Origin: a virus
Direction: 5' to 3' (one strand)
Virus record (IMG/VR): IMGVR_UViG_3300035102_000435
DNA: 49,493 nt
Shown here: positions 45,409 to 49,493 of the stretch, piece after piece
How positions within the stretch are numbered: position 1 is the first letter of the stretch
Layout of the letters: each line of letters opens with the position of its first letter
Translations under genes and position numbers: made by a program
Notes under the pieces: model-generated
Databases searched by the model: none
Seen by the model: only the letters and a program-made list of their open reading frames with translations
Told to the model about the DNA's origin: nothing

Positions 45409-45569
45409 TGTCTCTGGCAATAAAAAGAGTAACTGTTGATAGAAAAACTGGCACTGTTACAAATAAAGAAATTATAGATAATAATCCAGATATAGAGGAG
45501 AGTGAAGTTTATTCTCCTTTTTCAAAAATGGTATATGACAAAATTATGAGTCAGGAGGTAAACAATTAA
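45408..45569 (+). CDS. Hypothetical small protein
   Basis: 53-aa ORF translated by hand; stop-start overlaps on both sides. Confidence 0.3.
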   Translation: MSLAIKRVTVDRKTGTVTNKEIIDNNPDIEESEVYSPFSKMVYDKIMSQEVNN

Positions 45570-46612
45570 TGGATCAATTGACAGAGAGTAAATTTAATTA
45601 TAGCCAACTCCAACCAGAGATGGCTAATTTTTTGAGAGAAAAAGAAACAAATATGAAAGAAATTGTAGGCAGTGCTTACACCAGAATCGGAAAAGAATTA
45701 AAAGATGCTCAAGATAAACTTTCTCAAAATGGATATGGCTGTTTTCAAGAATGGTATGAAAGCTTAGGTTTCAAAAAAGATAAAGTTTATAGAATGATAA
45801 AAAGATATAATTTGATTCTCGCAAATAGCGAGAAACAAGATTTGATAGAAGATTTGCCTTTAAGTTTGAGTTATGAAATAGCAAAAAATTCAGCTGATCC
45901 GGAACTTAAGCAGCAGGTCCTGGACGGAGACATAACTTCCCATAAGGAATTTAAAAAACTTAAAAAAGAGAAAGAAAAACTTGAAGAGGAAAAAGAGAGA
46001 CTAAAAGAGAACAACCAGTTTTTAGAAGAAATCAGAGATGGTCTTATTAAAGAAAGGGACCAGGAACGCCAGAAAAAAATTAATGTTTACAAACAAATTA
46101 AGGAGTTGAAAGAAAAAGAACCTGAAACTATAGAAAAAGAAGTTATTCCTGATGATTATAAAAAAATGAAAGAACAGAATCGAAAAATGAAACAGCAGCT
46201 GCAGCAGAAGCAAAATGAATTGGACAGATTATCTAATGATATTAAGGAATTAAGTAAAGAAAAAGAGATTATCGAAGAAAAAGCAAATCTCAATGAGAAA
46301 GAAGCGGAAGAATATAAGCAGTTGAAAAATAAAATTAAGAATCTCAAAGAACAGAAAAATAGTATTCACAGAAAATTCGAAGCTGTTGGTAGTGTAGCTG
46401 ATTTTGTAACCGAAATAGAAAGTTTTTTGCAGAACAAATTAGCTCCAGTTAAATATTCCAGAGCATTAATTGAAGCAAGCGACGATGAAATTGTAGTCAG
46501 AAATGTAAAAGAAATAGTGGGAAAAGTCAGAGAGTGGTGTAATGAAGTTGAGGATCTTCTGCCGGAGAAGAAAAATTATATTGATGCTGAGGTGATTGAT
46601 AGTGAGCAATGA
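45569..46612 (+). CDS. Hypothetical early protein with long coiled coil
   Basis: 347-aa ORF; Lys/Glu-rich coiled-coil centre. Confidence 0.45.
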   Translation: MDQLTESKFNYSQLQPEMANFLREKETNMKEIVGSAYTRIGKELKDAQDKLSQNGYGCFQEWYESLGFKKDKVYRMIKRYNLILANSEKQDLIEDLPLSLSYEIAKNSADPELKQQVLDGDITSHKEFKKLKKEKEKLEEEKERLKENNQFLEEIRDGLIKERDQERQKKINVYKQIKELKEKEPETIEKEVIPDDYKKMKEQNRKMKQQLQQKQNELDRLSNDIKELSKEKEIIEEKANLNEKEAEEYKQLKNKIKNLKEQKNSIHRKFEAVGSVADFVTEIESFLQNKLAPVKYSRALIEASDDEIVVRNVKEIVGKVREWCNEVEDLLPEKKNYIDAEVIDSEQ

Positions 46613-47186
46613 TGTTATTAGCTTAAATCAAAATGATATTCAAGAACTTAATGATGAAGAACTTGAAATGCTTCAGACTAAAGTAATGAATGCCAGGATT
46701 AATAAACTTGCTGCAAAAATTAATGAAGCTAATTTAGCCGCTAGAAAAGCTGAAAATAAAGCGAATGAAGCAAATAGAAAATTAGAGAAATTAGAAAAAG
46801 AGCAGGAAGATATAAAAGATATAGCAGTTAATTCAGCCAGAGTTAATGCCCCTAGATATGACTGGGTTAATCAAAGCACATTCGGAGAATTCTTAGAGCC
46901 TTCTATTGGTTCTAGAACTTTTGGAAAATTATTAAAAGTAGTTGGCCTGGCCAAAAGAAATTCCAGTCGCACAAGACCATATAGGAAATATGTTGGTAAA
47001 AATAAATATGCCAGGGTTAAAACTTTTGAAAAATATAATACTACTGATTGGCATTATATAAGGTGCCTTGATTTTATAGATGATTGGCTCGAAGAGCACG
47101 GATACTACAAAGATTTTTATTCCACCGAAGACGAAAAGCAAAGAAAAGAATATATTGACTGGTTATATGTTAAGTATGTCGATTAG
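46596..47186 (+). CDS. Hypothetical protein
   Basis: 196-aa ORF with TTG start; N-terminal coiled coil. Confidence 0.45.
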   Translation: MIVSNDVISLNQNDIQELNDEELEMLQTKVMNARINKLAAKINEANLAARKAENKANEANRKLEKLEKEQEDIKDIAVNSARVNAPRYDWVNQSTFGEFLEPSIGSRTFGKLLKVVGLAKRNSSRTRPYRKYVGKNKYARVKTFEKYNTTDWHYIRCLDFIDDWLEEHGYYKDFYSTEDEKQRKEYIDWLYVKYVD

Positions 47187-47189
47187 GAG

Positions 47190-47489
47190 TTGATTATTAT
47201 CGAAAACAATATTTTTCAATTAAAAAAGTCATTAGAAATGTTAATTGCTGCATTAAAAATTTCAGAAAGCGATGAAGATAAAGAAATTGTATTTAGAGCG
47301 CAGCAAAAATTAGGAATGAAAACTGGTTTAGGATACGCCAAAAGAAATTTTATAGATGAGGTAGCTGATCAGTTGGCTTTATCAATAATTACAACTTTAG
47401 AAAAACAGATTGCAGAAGTTAAATCTGATCTGGAAGCAAAATTAAATAAAAGAAATTTAAGAAAGGATGAAGTAAATGAAATTAACTAA
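47190..47489 (+). CDS. Hypothetical protein (start uncertain)
   Basis: 99-aa ORF. Confidence 0.4.
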   Translation: MIIIENNIFQLKKSLEMLIAALKISESDEDKEIVFRAQQKLGMKTGLGYAKRNFIDEVADQLALSIITTLEKQIAEVKSDLEAKLNKRNLRKDEVNEIN

Positions 47490-47733
47490 AAAAGAGAAAA
47501 CAGCCAGGTTATTAATTGATTTATTTGTTGATTTTAACGATGAAGCTGAGGTTATTTATTTTGTAGATCCAGTTGATGAATTAGTAATGTGTTCTACAGG
47601 GGAAGAAATAAAACTTATTTGTCGCATAAATGAGGTAGAGAGCGCAACCAGTACCGAAGATGATGTTTTATTCATTGAAGCGGACAAAACCTTTAAATTG
47701 ACTAAATCTGGACCTGTGGAGGTGCAAAAATGA
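47476..47733 (+). CDS. Hypothetical protein
   Basis: 85-aa ORF. Confidence 0.4.
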   Translation: MKLTKKEKTARLLIDLFVDFNDEAEVIYFVDPVDELVMCSTGEEIKLICRINEVESATSTEDDVLFIEADKTFKLTKSGPVEVQK

Positions 47734-47924
47734 AGATAGATATCAGTTTATCTGAGGAAATGACTATCAAAAGTGCTTTACAGATGGAGTTGGCCAACCT
47801 GAAATCAAGAAAATATAAGGATGAGTATGTAAAAAAAGAAATTAAGAAAATTGAATTGTTACTGCAGAAGTTAGATAAAGAAGATGAAAAAGAAGCTAAG
47901 AGAATAATGAGAGGTGAAGGTTAA
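47730..47924 (+). CDS. Hypothetical small protein
   Basis: 64-aa ORF. Confidence 0.35.
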   Translation: MKIDISLSEEMTIKSALQMELANLKSRKYKDEYVKKEIKKIELLLQKLDKEDEKEAKRIMRGEG

Positions 47925-48228
47925 GATGGGAACTATTAGAGAATGGCAGTTATTTATAATGGGTTTACTATTTGGATTACTTTTATTTAGATTACTACCA
48001 CCAACATTCGTTGAAATATATAAAGAATTGAAAGAATTGTTTATACTGCTGCTGGCCCGGATAATTATATTTTTTAAGCGAATCAGAAAATTTTGGGCTA
48101 TCTGGCGAAAGACTAAAGAAATCCCAGCTGATGGCACAGCTGAGATTCAAAAGAAAAAGCACTCTAAATACATTATAACAAATAGTTGCACTGATTTCCA
48201 TAGGCAAAACTTAGAGAGGTGGAGATAA
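47914..48228 (+). CDS. Hypothetical membrane protein
   Basis: 104-aa ORF with a hydrophobic N-terminal half. Confidence 0.35.
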   Translation: MKVKMGTIREWQLFIMGLLFGLLLFRLLPPTFVEIYKELKELFILLLARIIIFFKRIRKFWAIWRKTKEIPADGTAEIQKKKHSKYIITNSCTDFHRQNLERWR

Positions 48229-48485
48229 TGAAATTATTTTTAAGATTCAAACTCTGGTTGATCGGTCTATTGATTCCTTCAATTCATAAAGATTTAGATT
48301 TTTTAGAATTGAATTATGACAGAGGTAAGTCGGGGCCTTTGATTATTTTATCAAATAAAGGTGCCGGCCAGATTGAAGACTGGGAAGGTAAATTTTATCA
48401 CTCTTATTTTAAAACTATAGGAAAAACAAAATTAACTCATTATGATACAACAGAAATTTACAGAGCAGAAGAAAATGAAACGTAA
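48219..48485 (+). CDS. Hypothetical protein
   Basis: 88-aa ORF. Confidence 0.35.
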   Translation: MEIMKLFLRFKLWLIGLLIPSIHKDLDFLELNYDRGKSGPLIILSNKGAGQIEDWEGKFYHSYFKTIGKTKLTHYDTTEIYRAEENET

Positions 48486-48505
48486 AAACTTGGTGGTGAT
48501 AAAGC

Positions 48506-49447
48506 GTGGCTGGATACTTCAAACTCTATCGAGATATATTTGAAAGCAGCATATGGATGCAGCCAGTTGATTTAAGATTATTTATATACCTAATTGGACA
48601 GGCCCGCTATAAAGAAGAACCAAACACCAAATATAAAGCTTATGGAATCATTATTAAACGCGGGCAGTTCCTCAGGTCCTATAGAAAAATAAGAGATGAT
48701 CTTGAGTATTTTGAGAACAATGCTCTTAAGCATTATAGCCTTTCAGTAATCAAACGTTCGGTGGATAGATTGGTAGAACAAGAAAGAATAGAAATTGAAC
48801 AAACTAAGCTTGGAACACTCTTTACAGTCGTTAATTACCGGCAGTATCAGGATTATCAAGAAGATAACAAAGAGCTTGGAACGGACTTGGAACAGGGTTG
48901 GAACGGAGTTGGAACACCTGCGGAACAATACAGTAAGAAGGGGAAAGAAGGGGAAAGAAGGGAGAAAGAAAAACGTTCGGACTCTGAAAGTCCGAATTCT
49001 CTCTCTGAAAAAGAAGAATATGAACCTAAATATGGTGAAGAAAGTATTCCCTATAAAGCAGCTAAATATTTAAGGGGAAGAATTTTAGAAAATAATAAAA
49101 GGCAGCCGGTTCCTGATCCAAACCCTGAAGACTTAGAAGATTGGGCTATTGAATTAGAAAGATTAAATAGATTAGGCCCTAAAGGAAAAAGAAACGCTGG
49201 ATATAGCTGGGAAGAGATAAGAAATATAATGGACTGGTGCCAGGAAGATGAGTTCTGGAGTGGTAACATTTGTTCAGCTCCAACCTTCAGGGACCAAATA
49301 ACTAAATTAGAAAATCAAATGAGAAGAGATTTGAATAATAATAAGAAAAATAGTTCTAAAAAGAAAAGTCAAAAGAGAAAAGAATTTTATCAGAAATATA
49401 AAGATCAGGAAGAAAGCGAAGGAAATTCAGGAGGTGGAGTACTTTGA
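48506..49447 (+). CDS. Putative replication initiator/replisome organiser
   Basis: 313 aa; N-terminal DNA-binding-like domain, low-complexity linker whose DNA carries iteron-like repeats, C-terminal domain with YSWEEIRNIMDWCQ-type sequence. A two-domain initiator with the origin inside the gene is the lambda O / SPP1 G38P pattern. Confidence 0.55.
   Translation: MAGYFKLYRDIFESSIWMQPVDLRLFIYLIGQARYKEEPNTKYKAYGIIIKRGQFLRSYRKIRDDLEYFENNALKHYSLSVIKRSVDRLVEQERIEIEQTKLGTLFTVVNYRQYQDYQEDNKELGTDLEQGWNGVGTPAEQYSKKGKEGERREKEKRSDSESPNSLSEKEEYEPKYGEESIPYKAAKYLRGRILENNKRQPVPDPNPEDLEDWAIELERLNRLGPKGKRNAGYSWEEIRNIMDWCQEDEFWSGNICSAPTFRDQITKLENQMRRDLNNNKKNSSKKKSQKRKEFYQKYKDQEESEGNSGGGVL
48876..48926 (+). repeat. 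Iteron array (candidate replication origin)
   Basis: TTGGAAC at 48876, 48887, 48898 and 48909 (11-bp spacing) plus GGAAC at 48922; followed by GAAGGGGAAA tandem repeats (48938..48968) and an 8-bp-stem inverted repeat (48976..48996). Confidence 0.55.
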
Positions 49448-49493
49448 AAAAATCAGAAATGGTTAAAATGCTTAGTTTTCTTGACAATTATTA
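49367..49493. repeat. Terminal direct repeat, identical to 1..127
   Basis: Exact 127-nt identity with the window start. Confidence 0.9.

Noticed and set aside
48937-48970. GAAGGGGAAA tandem repeats as a CRISPR array
   Set aside because: The units are contiguous 10-mers with no spacers, sit inside a coding linker, and have no cas genes nearby; they fit origin-associated repeats better.

Overview
This window reads as a complete, circularly permuted temperate phage genome of about 49.37 kb; the first 127 nt are identical to the last 127 nt. It is AT-rich by eye. Almost all genes are on the + strand; only a large serine integrase and a CI-like repressor are on the - strand. Gene order: replication initiator with internal iterons, a long early region of small ORFs (SSB, dCTP deaminase, VRR-NUC nuclease, HExxH protein, HTH regulators), an ArpU-like late regulator, a GC-rich non-coding island, lambda-like packaging and head genes, a PBSX/P2-like contractile tail module, a lysis cassette, a promoter-driven accessory operon, then integrase and the CI/Cro switch. 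The standout is a diversity-generating retroelement (DGR) aimed at the tail fibre: a variable repeat at the 3' end of the fibre gene, an Avd-like gene, a template repeat differing only at adenines, and a reverse transcriptase. Other points worth follow-up are a strongly over-represented palindromic motif TGGCCCGGGCCA, a predicted -1 frameshift in the tail chaperone, and an RT N-terminus that lacks a canonical start codon. All functional calls are from reading the translations and sequence by eye; no searches were run.
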